DNA from: Methanotrichaceae archaeon
GTDB taxonomy: Archaea; Halobacteriota; Methanosarcinia; Methanotrichales; Methanotrichaceae
DNA: 64,000 nucleotides
Direction of reading: 5' to 3'
NCBI GenBank assembly: GCA_963754945.1
Contig: CAVWIG010000028.1
Location: 166,130 to 230,129 of the forward strand
Within the stretch, counting starts at the first letter, position 1; every line of letters begins with the position of its first letter. Below the pieces are notes generated by a model, which had not been told where the DNA came from, did no database searches, and saw only the letters and a list, made by a program, of their open reading frames with translations. The position numbers and the translations under genes are program-made. Shown here piece by piece: positions 1-10,264 of this stretch.

Positions 1-185
1 CCCCACTGTATCCGGGCAACAATCCATTCCTCAATGACTTCAATGAGATCCTTGCGGCACTCTTCAAAAGAGTCGCCAACCGCTATGACTCCCTGAAGTC
101 CCGGAACTGTGGCCACATAAGAGCCGTCTTCTAGAGTGTCATATTTAGCTCTCTCTAAGGCAGCTTGAATGTACTCGGAGAACAT
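1..185 (-). CDS. hicB: HicB-family antitoxin (runs off window start)
   Basis: Manual translation from ATG at 185: MFSEYIQAALERAKYDTLEDGSYVATVPGLQGVIAVGDSFEECRKDLIEVIEEW..., a typical HicB/UPF0150 pattern; paralogous to 57496-57753 and 62539-62793. Confidence 0.8.
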   Translation of the reverse strand, partial: MFSEYIQAALERAKYDTLEDGSYVATVPGLQGVIAVGDSFEECRKDLIEVIEEWIVARIQW

Positions 186-512
186 ATCGATATCAATCAT
201 GCATTATTGGGATTTAATCCTTGCCGGAGCGGATGGCCTTTACCTCACACTGCTGCAAGAGTAGAGGATTTTCCCAGCCCACAAACGAATTATGCCAATC
301 GCCCCCAGCTGCGATCAACGATCCCACCGCTGGCAATCCCCAGCTCTGCGGAAATCCGATGGACCAGGCCAGTCAGCTCGCTTTCGGGCGACGAGCCCAC
401 GCGCTAGGCTCGGATGCTGGGTATCGGCTGGCAGTTTAACTGCAGGCAATCGCTACTTAGCGCCTCGGGCTAAATATATAAACTCGTGATGTAAATAGAT
501 CTTGGTGACAGG

Positions 513-689
513 ATGATCGTAAAGGCCAGATACGAAAACAATGTTCTGAAGCCTCTTGATAAGCTGAACCTGAGGGAAGGCGAAGAGGTGGACATCGAAT
601 TAAAGGAAAAGAGCCTCTTCGGTCTACTGAAAGGATGGAAGATCGACTCTCAATCCCTAAAGGATGAGTTGAGAGAGATCAATGGCTAG
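513..689 (+). CDS. Antitoxin, DUF104/AF2212-like family (58 aa)
   Basis: Manual translation MIVKARYENNVLKPLDKLNLREGEEVDIELKEK... matches the I-x-A-x-YENGVLKPL-x-L-x-EGE-V motif; overlaps the start of the downstream PIN gene. Confidence 0.85.
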   Translation: MIVKARYENNVLKPLDKLNLREGEEVDIELKEKSLFGLLKGWKIDSQSLKDELREING

Positions 690-1059
690 ATTTTTTGGGG
701 ATACTTACGCGCTTATCGAGCTTCTCAAGGGAAACCCTAACTACGAGGGCTATTCACGAGTAGGTCTGGTCACTACCGAATTCAACATTCTTGAGCTGAC
801 GTATGCCTTGTTTAGGGATTTCGGACGCAATGAGGCCGCAAATGTTATCGACTTTATAAGATTCAAGATCGAGGTTGTGCCTGCGGAGGACTCGGATTAC
901 CTGAATGCTTCCGAGTTCAGGCTATCCACAAATCGGACCGGAAAGAAGCTCTCCCTCGTGGACGCCCTTGGGTACTCGTATTCGAGAAAGCTCGGAATAA
1001 AATTTCTAACCGGAGACAAAGAGTTCAGCGGGATGGAAAACGTAGAGTACGTCAAGTAG
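682..1059 (+). CDS. vapC: PIN-domain VapC toxin
   Basis: FGDTYALIE N-terminal Asp, LSLVDALGY and FLTGDKEF PIN motifs; directly follows the antitoxin. Confidence 0.85.
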   Translation: MARFFGDTYALIELLKGNPNYEGYSRVGLVTTEFNILELTYALFRDFGRNEAANVIDFIRFKIEVVPAEDSDYLNASEFRLSTNRTGKKLSLVDALGYSYSRKLGIKFLTGDKEFSGMENVEYVK

Positions 1060-1080
1060 GGAACCAGAGGAGTTCTCAGT

Positions 1081-1884
1081 ATGTCGCTTTTCGCTCAACG
1101 ACTGAATGCCAACTCATCGGATCGGGGTACCATAGTATTTTTGCATGGCGGTGGAATAAGCGGCTGGTCATGGCGTCCGGTGGCCGAGCTTTTGACAGAA
1201 TTTGAAAGCCTGATTGTCGATTTGCCCGGACACGGGCAAAGTATTGGAATCGGGCCATTTACTATGAAACTGGCTGCCAATGAGGTTTCAAAAATCATTA
1301 ATGAGCGAACTTCTGGAGGCGCGCATGTCGTCGGGCTTTCGCTTGGCGCGCAGGTGATAATCCAATTGCTGGCCACGAATCCGGAAATCATCAAGAGCGC
1401 TTTTGTGAGCGGCTGTTCCGTTCGGCCGATTCCGATAGTCGGCAATTATCATTTCTTGAGAGCGTTATTCAGCGCCTATGCGCCATTCCGGAACATGCGC
1501 TGGCTGGTCCGAATGAACGCCCGCGCCATGGGAGTTCCAGAAGCGTATGAAAACGATTTTGCGAAAGATACTTGGTTGATGGTTCCGGCGAGCCTTGCCC
1601 GCATAGTTGCCGAAAGTCAATCCTTCATAATTCCGAAGGAGTGGGAAGGAGTTGCAACGCGCACGTTCGTCGCCTTTGGTGAAAAAGAATTGGATTCGGT
1701 CAAAAAATCAGCAACCGACCTGGCCCAGGCGCTGCCGAATTCAACCGCTTACAAGGTTATCGGTAGAAACCATGCTTGGCCAATCCAATATCCGCAACTC
1801 TGCGCCGATGCCATTCGCGCATTCTTGAGCGGTGGCGTTATCCCGGAACAATTTGTCGGTATGACGCGGATTAGCAGTACATAA
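1081..1884 (+). CDS. Alpha/beta-fold hydrolase
   Basis: FLHGGG, DLPGHG, GLSLG nucleophile elbow, C-terminal His (RNHAW). Confidence 0.85.
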   Translation: MSLFAQRLNANSSDRGTIVFLHGGGISGWSWRPVAELLTEFESLIVDLPGHGQSIGIGPFTMKLAANEVSKIINERTSGGAHVVGLSLGAQVIIQLLATNPEIIKSAFVSGCSVRPIPIVGNYHFLRALFSAYAPFRNMRWLVRMNARAMGVPEAYENDFAKDTWLMVPASLARIVAESQSFIIPKEWEGVATRTFVAFGEKELDSVKKSATDLAQALPNSTAYKVIGRNHAWPIQYPQLCADAIRAFLSGGVIPEQFVGMTRISST

Positions 1885-1988
1885 CCCTTTACGTGGCGAA
1901 GAAGGAGTTGCCGCATGTTTGAATGCGCATCATGAGATGATTGAAGCAAAAATAATAATAGCAGCATGCGAAATCAGTCTAGGGTGAT

Positions 1989-3011
1989 TTGACCTTGAGC
2001 ATGTGCGAGTCCAGGACCATCTGGTGGGACGACGGCTTGTGGCTGATCGATCAGACAAGGCTTCCCGTTGAGCTTCGGCCGATCAAGATTGAAAGCGTGA
2101 AAGGTCTGATCGAAGCCATAACAAGCCTTCGGGTCAGGGGTGCCCCGGCCCTGGGCGCTGCCGGAGCTTACGGGATCGCCCTGGCTGCACAGCTCTCGTC
2201 CACTGATAACCCGTTCCAGCTTCTTCAAGAGCTGGAGATGGCTGGGGAGATCATCAAGAAGTCCAGGCCAACAGCGGTCAACCTCTCCTGGGGGGTGGAC
2301 AGAGCTCTGAGGTCCGTTATGGTCCAGGATACAGCCGAGGGAATCAGGGAGGCAGCACTTCGCGAAGCGGAGCTAATCGCCGACGAGGACATCGCCATCA
2401 ACAAGACGCTAGGCAGGAAAGGAGCACTTCTCCTGGACGATGGAGACAGTGTCCTGACACACTGCAACGCAGGCAGGCTGGCCTGTGTGGGTTGGGGAAC
2501 AGCTCTAGGAGTCATCCGGTCTGCGGTCGAGGCTGGCAAGGAGATTCACGTCTATGCTTGCGAGACCAGGCCCCTGAACCAGGGGTCGAGGCTGACCGCC
2601 TGGGAACTGGTCCATGAGGGAATAGACGTGACACTGATCTGCGAGAGCGCCTCGGGAAGCCTCATGAGAAAGGGAAGGATCGATAAAGCAATCGTAGGCG
2701 CTGACAGGATAACCAAAGATGTTGTCTTCAACAAGATTGGAACCTACAATCACGCTGTCCTGGCCAAAGCCCACAAGCTGCCTTTCTATGTCGCGGCCCC
2801 TCTATCCACTTTCGACCTTGGGCACTGTGAGGCTGACATCACCATTGAAGAAAGAGGCGCTGAGGAGCTGTGCTCTGTTGGAGGAGTCCAGCTTGCTCCG
2901 ACGAGCGTAGACACATACAACCCTGCCTTTGACGCTACGCCGCTTAATCTTGTAACGGCGCTGATTACTGAAAAGGGCATCTTCAGGCCGCCGCTGATGC
3001 CGCCTGTTTGA
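1989..3011 (+). CDS. mtnA: S-methyl-5-thioribose-1-phosphate isomerase (eIF2B-like family); true start may be ATG 2001
   Basis: IDQTRLP, VRGAPALG, RPTAVNL, LTHCNAG, ETRPLNQGSRLTAWEL, GADRI, NPAFDATP motifs. Confidence 0.9.
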   Translation: MTLSMCESRTIWWDDGLWLIDQTRLPVELRPIKIESVKGLIEAITSLRVRGAPALGAAGAYGIALAAQLSSTDNPFQLLQELEMAGEIIKKSRPTAVNLSWGVDRALRSVMVQDTAEGIREAALREAELIADEDIAINKTLGRKGALLLDDGDSVLTHCNAGRLACVGWGTALGVIRSAVEAGKEIHVYACETRPLNQGSRLTAWELVHEGIDVTLICESASGSLMRKGRIDKAIVGADRITKDVVFNKIGTYNHAVLAKAHKLPFYVAAPLSTFDLGHCEADITIEERGAEELCSVGGVQLAPTSVDTYNPAFDATPLNLVTALITEKGIFRPPLMPPV

Positions 3012-3073
3012 TGCCCATTACTGCTGTCCCCTCAATCGATCAAGTGTAACTCAGATAGCGCTAGTCTTATTGG

Positions 3074-3188
3074 TTCCAATTTATCCGGATTCCAGTTGTC
3101 TAGACTCCAGTTATACCCCTGTTATAGAAGCCTAGTTATCTAGATTCCAAATATCCAGGATGTATTGTTTTACGGTCTAGATTCTCTT
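3074..3188. repeat. Degenerate ~15-bp tandem repeat (consensus ttccagttatctaga)
   Basis: Units such as ttccaatttatccgga, ttccagttgtctaga, ctccagttatacc, tagttatctaga and ttccaaatatccagga in the mtnA-TPR intergenic region. Confidence 0.5.
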
Positions 3189-3288
3189 TTTTCTCGTGAA
3201 GAATTTAAATGGTAATTAACCTATCGATAATTATCTTAGAATCAAACTATTCAAAAACTTTATAAAGATATAAGTTAGTTCATATTCC

Positions 3289-5709
3289 ATGAATCAACTG
3301 GTTGTTCTTCAAGAGATATACGAGTCGTTCTCAAAGGGTGGGGAGGGACTTAACACCATCGATCCGGAGTCGATCGAAGGGAGCTGCTCCGTCCAGGTTG
3401 CCCAACTCTTGGAAGGCTCTAAGCAGGGGAAGATAGATGCCGACCTCTGCTCAACTCTTGCCGACTGTCTCCAGGATGTTTACGAAGTGAAGAGATTGGG
3501 AGATATCTGCAAAAAGGCGGGACTTTTAGAACTGGCTATAAGATGCTATGACCGAGCACTATCAACTACCGGGGATAAGGGCGTGAAGGCGGTGCTTCTT
3601 AACAACCTAGGCCAGGTTTATGCTCAGTACGGTGATCTGGGAAGGGCTGTTGCATACTACAGGAAAGCAGTCAAGCGTTTCGAATGCATAGGAGACCGAA
3701 GCGGCATGGCCCACGTTCAGGGGAACCTGGGTTCCGCCTACAGAAGGGCCCACGAATGGGATAAGGCCATTGAGTACTGCTACAAAAGCCTGAGAGCCTT
3801 CGAGGATCTGGGAGACGAGCTTGGAGCTGCCCAGATGACGGGTAGCCTTGGCAGAGTCTACGCAGAGATGGGCGAGTCAGAGCTCGCCGCCAGGTATTTC
3901 GAGAAGAGTTTGAAGGCCTTCCAGAAGCAGGGGGATAGGAGAAGTGAGGCCTGGGTCCTTAATCGACTCGGTAGGAGCAGCGCCGATCAGAGCTTAGATG
4001 CCCCAATAAAATACTATAACCAGAGCCTGTCCATCTTCGAAGACCTAGGCCAGAGTCAAGGCTCTGGAATAGTTCTATCAAATCTTGGCCGAGCTTATCT
4101 CGACAAGGGCGAGGCTTCTTTAGCCAGGGACTGCCTCGAGCGATCATTGAAGATCTTGCGAAAGAAGACAAAGCCTGCGTACTGCAATGCATCGGCATGG
4201 CTGGCAGCGGCCTACAGCTCTTTGGCAAAGGAGAACCAGGTAAAAGCAAACACCACTTCATCAGTAGTAGTAATCGAAGGAGACAAGAAGAAAGATGAGC
4301 TTCTCAGGCTGGCCTCCCAGTACTATTCGAGGGCAGCAGATCGCTACCGTGATCTTATAGGTACATCTAGAACCGAGCTTACTGACATTGGCATGGCCGG
4401 AAGCGTTGCAGCTCTGCTGTCAATGCTTTCAGAGCTTCAGGCCGAGCACACAGACGAGGAGGCTGTCAAAATTGCCGATAGAGCCATCTCGAATCTGGAA
4501 GAGATGGCAAGAAATGATGGCAAGGAGACCGAACAGATTGAGGCTATCAAGAGGACTCTGACCGGAATGAGAGAGGTGTGGTCCCAGGGACTGCCCAATA
4601 AGGAGCCCTGGAAGCTAGCCAGGTCGATTACCGATTCTATAGAATACTTTATGGGAGGATTGTCTCTCCAAGGAGAGGCAGGCATTTGCATCTGCGACGC
4701 ACTGAGGAGCTTCAAGTGTGCCATCGAGGAAGAGCAACAAAGGAAAAATCCAACCGAGCTGCTCAAGGCCACAGCATCCCTGCTGAGACAGGCAGAGAAG
4801 AGATTCAGGTCAGACAGCATCGACCTAGAATGCGAGAGCGCGACTTGGTTAGGGAATACAGCGACTCTTATAGACCGTCTGATCAGCGCTGAGGCTGATC
4901 CAGTCAAGACAGTCTCTTTCAACATCAACGAGCTGCTCAACTACAGAACGCACAGAAAAGCGATCCTGCAAATCGGTTGGGTGTTGGTGGTGAATGCTCT
5001 ACCAGCTATAGACAAGACCGGTTACGTCTACTCCTGGGATGAATCGATGAACCTGGTGGAGAATAGACCTGCAGGACAACTTCAACAAGGGGCTGCATCA
5101 AAGGCCCAACAAATGCAGGAGAAGCCAATCCCAGACTCAGATACCCTTCAGGGAGATGATGCCTTCGACGAAGTGGAGGGTGAGACCATAATCGAATGTA
5201 CATCGGAAACGGATGGAATGAACGAGCGGAACACTATTTTGGAGATGGATGCTGAAAGGGCTCTATTTGCGGATGGGCCAGTTGTTGAAGTAATTCCAGA
5301 AGGTGGTAGTCTGGTTCCGACAACGTCAAATCTTGTGTACGCTCCACGCGACGCCCGGGTCTTGGTTCAGCGCAGCGAGAAGCCAGCAAGGGTCAGTGGA
5401 GCCTACCACTTCGATCCCGGATCTGATGCAATAAGCCTCGGAGGAAGAAACTCCAGGTCAGCCGAAGTGATCAATCGTTCGTCTAATGCCACACGAGGCC
5501 ACTTAAGCGAGTTCGAAGAACCCGTCAGGGTCAGAGCAGCGTGGGAGAGCCCGAACTTTTCAGCTTCTTCAGCGATGGGAAATGCAGAAAGACGATACGC
5601 CTTCGGCAATGGACTCTTCACAAGGTCCAATGTCATCAATTTGGTAAAGGCTTTAGCTGTTGTTGTGCTTTCGCTCCTGGCTATAGATGTAATACTATAT
5701 TTGATATAG
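3289..5709 (+). CDS. Tetratricopeptide-repeat protein with C-terminal membrane anchor
   Basis: Multiple TPR units (LNNLGQVY...A..YY.KA; GNLGSAY; SNLGRAY), acidic low-complexity linker, terminal hydrophobic helix ALAVVVLSLLAIDVILYLI. Confidence 0.85.
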   Translation: MNQLVVLQEIYESFSKGGEGLNTIDPESIEGSCSVQVAQLLEGSKQGKIDADLCSTLADCLQDVYEVKRLGDICKKAGLLELAIRCYDRALSTTGDKGVKAVLLNNLGQVYAQYGDLGRAVAYYRKAVKRFECIGDRSGMAHVQGNLGSAYRRAHEWDKAIEYCYKSLRAFEDLGDELGAAQMTGSLGRVYAEMGESELAARYFEKSLKAFQKQGDRRSEAWVLNRLGRSSADQSLDAPIKYYNQSLSIFEDLGQSQGSGIVLSNLGRAYLDKGEASLARDCLERSLKILRKKTKPAYCNASAWLAAAYSSLAKENQVKANTTSSVVVIEGDKKKDELLRLASQYYSRAADRYRDLIGTSRTELTDIGMAGSVAALLSMLSELQAEHTDEEAVKIADRAISNLEEMARNDGKETEQIEAIKRTLTGMREVWSQGLPNKEPWKLARSITDSIEYFMGGLSLQGEAGICICDALRSFKCAIEEEQQRKNPTELLKATASLLRQAEKRFRSDSIDLECESATWLGNTATLIDRLISAEADPVKTVSFNINELLNYRTHRKAILQIGWVLVVNALPAIDKTGYVYSWDESMNLVENRPAGQLQQGAASKAQQMQEKPIPDSDTLQGDDAFDEVEGETIIECTSETDGMNERNTILEMDAERALFADGPVVEVIPEGGSLVPTTSNLVYAPRDARVLVQRSEKPARVSGAYHFDPGSDAISLGGRNSRSAEVINRSSNATRGHLSEFEEPVRVRAAWESPNFSASSAMGNAERRYAFGNGLFTRSNVINLVKALAVVVLSLLAIDVILYLI

Positions 5710-5735
5710 TTTCCCGCCTACCTTATTGTTGCAGG

Positions 5736-6350
5736 ATGAAGAAGAAACAGCTCGAAATACAACTGGAGCGGCTTACGGGCTTCTCCAACCCATCAGCCGA
5801 AAAAGAGCAATATGCAACTCCTGCGTCTGTGGCAGCGGATTTGCTTTATCTGGCATATCTGCATGGAGATCTGGAGTGTGTCTGTGATCTGGGGTGTGGA
5901 ACCGGTGTTCTAGCCATAGGATCCGCGCTCTTGGGCGCAAAAGTAGTGGGAGTGGAGATAGATCCGCGGTCCCTACGGACAGCCAGAGAAAACGCCACCC
6001 GGCTTGGAGTCGAAGTGGAATTCATAAGGGGTGACGCTAACTCCGTGAGCCTTAAGGGAATCAAAACTGTGGTCATGAATCCCCCCTTCGGGGCGCAGAA
6101 AGCTAGCATGGGCGACAGAGCGTTTCTCAGAAAAGCTGTGGAGATCGCCGATGTGGTCTACTCCATCCACAACCTGGGAAGCGAAGGGTTCATTAGAAGG
6201 ATTGTAGAACCTTCCACTATTGAAGAGATCTACAGGATAAAGTTTCCCCTTAAAAGATGCTTTGCATTCCACAGCAAAGACGTAAAGATCATAGAGGTTG
6301 AGTTGTACAGAATATTGTGCCGCCGAAACGGCGCAACAGGACATGAATAA
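5736..6350 (+). CDS. METTL5-family SAM-dependent RNA (m6A) methyltransferase
   Basis: MKKKQLEIQLERL start, EQYATP, DLGCGTG, MNPPFG; conserved position upstream of csl4-rpoL. Confidence 0.88.
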   Translation: MKKKQLEIQLERLTGFSNPSAEKEQYATPASVAADLLYLAYLHGDLECVCDLGCGTGVLAIGSALLGAKVVGVEIDPRSLRTARENATRLGVEVEFIRGDANSVSLKGIKTVVMNPPFGAQKASMGDRAFLRKAVEIADVVYSIHNLGSEGFIRRIVEPSTIEEIYRIKFPLKRCFAFHSKDVKIIEVELYRILCRRNGATGHE

Positions 6351-6399
6351 CCAGTATATATCGAACAAGCAATATTCTAGCTTATTAGAGGAATTCGAG

Positions 6400-6957
6400 A
6401 TGGAAAACAGTTTTGTGCTCCCAGGAGACGTGGTAGGGTCTGCGGAGGAGTTCGTTCCAGGCGATTGCACCTACGTCAAGGGAGGAGTAATATACGCAAC
6501 GACTGCCGGATTGTTGAATATCGACGAGAAGAACAAGCTGGCTAGCGTAATTCCGAAGACCAACGCCCCTGCCAAGCTCTGTCAGGGAGATATTGTTGTT
6601 GGCGAAGTAATAGACATGAAGGAGAGTCTGGTCATAGTGTCGCTGGCCTTCAAGAAAGGTTATGAGGACCGACCAATCTCAGATGAGGAGGCCACGATTC
6701 ATATCTCCAACGTTCGGAACTCCTATGTCAAGGACCTGAGGCAGATGTTCTCTGTACGAGACATTCTCACGGCCAAGATAGTCGATGAGAGACAGCTTCG
6801 GTTGTCAACAGGTGACGAGGACCTCGGTGTTATTAAGGCCTACTGCAACAGATGTTTGACTGGCCTGGTCAAAAAGGACGGCAAGCTGGTCTGTCCGAGC
6901 TGCGCCAACACAGAGACCAGGAAGATGAGCTCATCCTACGGATTGGGAGTGGTTTAA
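6400..6957 (+). CDS. csl4: Exosome complex RNA-binding protein Csl4
   Basis: FVLPGDVVG..EEF, S1 domain, DLGVIKAYCNRC...CPSC...ETRK Zn ribbon. Confidence 0.92.
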   Translation: MENSFVLPGDVVGSAEEFVPGDCTYVKGGVIYATTAGLLNIDEKNKLASVIPKTNAPAKLCQGDIVVGEVIDMKESLVIVSLAFKKGYEDRPISDEEATIHISNVRNSYVKDLRQMFSVRDILTAKIVDERQLRLSTGDEDLGVIKAYCNRCLTGLVKKDGKLVCPSCANTETRKMSSSYGLGVV

Positions 6958-7232
6958 TGGATCTCAAAATAATCAATAAGACTGCAAATGAGATCTCCAT
7001 AGAGTTCATCGGAGAGGGTCATACGATTCTAAACCTCCTCCGCACAGAGCTTCTGCTCGACGAGCGGGTCATGCTTGCAACCTACGATACCAAATTTCCG
7101 GTCATGGACAATCCAGTGTTCCGGCTCAAGACCTTAGGAGCTGACCCGGTGGTCGTTCTGCGGGAGGCCGCGGCAAAGATCATTGGCCAGTGCGATCTTT
7201 TTAGCAGTGAGTTTGCGGCTGCCGCCAAATGA
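6957..7232 (+). CDS. rpoL: DNA-directed RNA polymerase subunit L
   Basis: GEGHTILNLLRTELL motif; TAATG coupling to csl4. Confidence 0.92.
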   Translation: MDLKIINKTANEISIEFIGEGHTILNLLRTELLLDERVMLATYDTKFPVMDNPVFRLKTLGADPVVVLREAAAKIIGQCDLFSSEFAAAAK

Positions 7233-7263
7233 TGCGGGCGGAATGATTGCGACTAGCAGCTAA

Positions 7264-8289
7264 ATGATGGAGATTGACGGATCTTATGGCGAGGGCGGCG
7301 GCCAGATAGTCAGGACTGCGGTGGCCCTGGCCGCAGTAACTGGAACATCCATCAGGGTTTCCAAGATCCGGCAAGGCAGGCCAAAGCCTGGCCTCGCTCC
7401 CCAGCACGCCCAGGCCATTTTGGCGCTCGCGGGGATCTGCAACGCAAAGACCGCAGGAATTGAGCCAGGATCTTCAGAGATCGCCTTTGAGCCTGGGCGG
7501 ACCAAGGGCGGAAGCTATCGCGTCGACATCGGCACAGCAGGCAGTATTACTCTTCTTGTGCAGTGTTTGCTACCGGCCATGATTAGAGCAGATGGGCCAG
7601 TTACTCTTAAGGTCACAGGGGGGACAGACGTTCGATGGTCGCCCACAATAGATTATTTTGAGAGAGTTTTTCTTCCAGCCCTGAGCGAGTTCGGAGCCCA
7701 GGTCAAGGTCGATAGCATGAGACGCGGTTACTACCCCAGAGGCGGAGGCTCGGTCATCCTGACGGTCAACCCAGGCAACCTGAAACCCGCCCATCTGAAA
7801 CCCAAAGAAGCAGGAATTGTAGAAGGAGTCTCTCATTGTTCTAACCTTCCGGAACACGTGGCCAGACGACAGGCTGATTCTGCTACTGCAGCTCTGAAGG
7901 ATGCAGGCCACATGGGCTTGGTAGCTACGGAGGTACTCAAGGAGACTTCCACAGGAAGCGGCATAACCCTGTGGAGCGGGCACAAGGGGGGGAGTGCTTT
8001 GGGTGAAAGAGGCATCCGGGCGGAGGACGTGGGAAAGGCCGCTGCTCTGGAGATAATAGCCGAACTTTCATCGCCTGCTGCCGTGGACGTGCGCCTGGCT
8101 GACCAGCTAATACCTTACCTGGCATTGGCCGGAGGGAGCTACACAGTCAGGCAGATATCCAAGCACGCAAGCACCAACATCTGGACGGCGAGGCAATTCT
8201 TGAACACGAAGTTGGAAGTAATGGAGGAAGCAGGAGTATTAAGGATCGAAGGGCAGCTTAGTCGATCACAACTTAGCATCGAAAATTAG
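7264..8289 (+). CDS. rtcA: RNA 3'-terminal phosphate cyclase
   Basis: [45 protein letters not shown] (catalytic His). Confidence 0.95.
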   Translation: MMEIDGSYGEGGGQIVRTAVALAAVTGTSIRVSKIRQGRPKPGLAPQHAQAILALAGICNAKTAGIEPGSSEIAFEPGRTKGGSYRVDIGTAGSITLLVQCLLPAMIRADGPVTLKVTGGTDVRWSPTIDYFERVFLPALSEFGAQVKVDSMRRGYYPRGGGSVILTVNPGNLKPAHLKPKEAGIVEGVSHCSNLPEHVARRQADSATAALKDAGHMGLVATEVLKETSTGSGITLWSGHKGGSALGERGIRAEDVGKAAALEIIAELSSPAAVDVRLADQLIPYLALAGGSYTVRQISKHASTNIWTARQFLNTKLEVMEEAGVLRIEGQLSRSQLSIEN

Positions 8290-8317
8290 CGTGGAAAAAA
8301 AGGAATAATTAGCGTAA

Positions 8318-10027
8318 TCATGCCGTCTTCATCTTCGCCACTTCCTCCAGGCCCAGATCTTTGATGGATTCCTCTCTCATCTTGTACTTCTGAATCTTGC
8401 CTGTGACCGTCATGGGGAAATCAGCAACGAACTTGATGTATTTTGGAATCTTGAAGTGGGCTATTTTGCCTTTACAGAACTCTTTTATCTCATCCGGGGT
8501 TGCACTTGCTCCCTGCTTAAGCTTGATCCAGGCCATCAGCTCTTCGCCGTACTTCAAGTCCGGCACGCCTATGACCTGAACATCGCTGATAGCAGGATGG
8601 GTGTAGAGGAACTCCTCGACCTCTCTCGGATAGACATTTTCGCCTCCCCTGATGACCATGTCCTTCAAGCGGCCTGTGATTTTGCAGTAGTCCTCATCGT
8701 CCAGGGTTCCGAGGTCTCCTGTGTGCAGCCAGCCCTCTTTGTCTATTGCCTGATCCGTAGCTACAGGATTGTTGTAGTAACAGCGCATGATCATGTAGCC
8801 ACGGGCGCATATCTCGCCGGTCTCGCCCCGGGGGACCATCTTGCCGGTCTTTGGATCCACTATCTTGACCTCTGTGTGGGGCAGCGGCCTGCCGATAGTG
8901 GAAACCCTTCTATCGATCGAATCATCCGTGGAAGAGTTGGTGATTCCAGGAGAGGCCTCGGTCTGTCCATAGGTTATCACTACCTCCTTCATGTTCATGA
9001 GAGTGGCCGCTTTTTTCATGAACTCGATGGGACACGGCGATCCTGCCATGATGCCTGTTCGTAGAGTGCTGAAGTCGAATTTGCTGAAATCGGGGTGTTC
9101 AAGCTGGGCGACAAACATGGTTGGCACACCGTGCACGGCTGTGCAACGCTCTTTTTCGATTGCCCACATTGTCGATTTCGGGTCAAAATACTCTGCAGGC
9201 AGGACCATAGTCGCGCCGTGGGTCACACAGGCCATGTTGGACAGAACCATACCGAAGCAGTGGTAGAAGGGAACCGGTATGCAGAGCCGGTCCTTCTCTG
9301 TGAACTTCATGCACTCTCCTATGAAGTAGCCGTTGTTCACCAGGTTGTGATGGGTGAGGACGACTCCTTTTGGAAATCCGGTTGTCCCCGAGGTGTACTG
9401 GATGTTCACAGGATCGTCGAAGTCCAGGTTCTCCTGGATGTCGAGTAGTAAATCGTCGGGCATCTCTTCTCCCATCGCCATGACTTCGTCCCAGGAGTAC
9501 ATTCCCGGCTGCTTTTCGCCGCGAACGAGAATTGCCGTCCTCAAGAAGGGCAGCTTCTCAGAGTGAATTTGACCAGGCTTGCTCTCCTTTGCTTCGGGAC
9601 AGACCTCGTAGAACATCTTGACATAGTCCGATGTCTTGAATCGATCCATCAGCAGAAGTCCTTGGGCCTCCGATTGCCTGAGGGCATACTCCAGCTCGTG
9701 GGTCCTTGAGGCAGGGTTGACGTTCACGAGAATTATTCCCGCTTTCGCCGTGGCGAACTGGGTGACGACCCATTCCGCTATATTGGTGGCCCATATTGCC
9801 AGTCGATCGCCTTTTTTGAGCCCCAAGCCGACGAATCCCTTGGCGGCCCTGTCGACCTCGCGTTGAAGCTGCCGATACGTGTATCGGATGCCCTGGTGAA
9901 GCGAGACAATTGCATCGTTTTCAGGGTAGGTTTCCGCAATTTCATCGAACATATCGCCGATGGTCTTTCCAATAAGTGGTTTCTCTGAACCCCGAAACGC
10001 ATAGCTGCGGGAGACTTTGACTGGCAT
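8318..10027 (-). CDS. Acyl-CoA synthetase / AMP-binding protein
   Basis: YTSGTTGFPKG, YGQTE, LHTGDLG, GRLKDMVIRGGEN, TGKIQK. Confidence 0.92.
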   Translation of the reverse strand: MPVKVSRSYAFRGSEKPLIGKTIGDMFDEIAETYPENDAIVSLHQGIRYTYRQLQREVDRAAKGFVGLGLKKGDRLAIWATNIAEWVVTQFATAKAGIILVNVNPASRTHELEYALRQSEAQGLLLMDRFKTSDYVKMFYEVCPEAKESKPGQIHSEKLPFLRTAILVRGEKQPGMYSWDEVMAMGEEMPDDLLLDIQENLDFDDPVNIQYTSGTTGFPKGVVLTHHNLVNNGYFIGECMKFTEKDRLCIPVPFYHCFGMVLSNMACVTHGATMVLPAEYFDPKSTMWAIEKERCTAVHGVPTMFVAQLEHPDFSKFDFSTLRTGIMAGSPCPIEFMKKAATLMNMKEVVITYGQTEASPGITNSSTDDSIDRRVSTIGRPLPHTEVKIVDPKTGKMVPRGETGEICARGYMIMRCYYNNPVATDQAIDKEGWLHTGDLGTLDDEDYCKITGRLKDMVIRGGENVYPREVEEFLYTHPAISDVQVIGVPDLKYGEELMAWIKLKQGASATPDEIKEFCKGKIAHFKIPKYIKFVADFPMTVTGKIQKYKMREESIKDLGLEEVAKMKTA

Positions 10028-10264
10028 GGAGGAGTTAGTCCATCGTTATGTGAATATAACATTATCTTACATCAAGTTTCGATAAGGTAGCAAGCGAAGG
10101 TCGATTCGCAAGAGTAGTGAGAATAGTGCTATGCCTAGAAGACTATGTAACAGACTAAGAAAAAATCTTGATTTCTGCATATCTCGGTCATCTTGGTCAA
10201 CTCTCTTCCTAGAATCCATCCCCTCGAAACCGATTTATGTAATGAATCCTCACTATCCCTTGCT

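Noticed and set aside
190-489. GC-rich short ORFs between hicB and the vapBC pair
   Set aside because: No motifs or credible start context
8080-8180. RtcA DVRLADQ lacking His suggested an inactive enzyme
   Set aside because: The catalytic His is the downstream one (KHASTN) and is present
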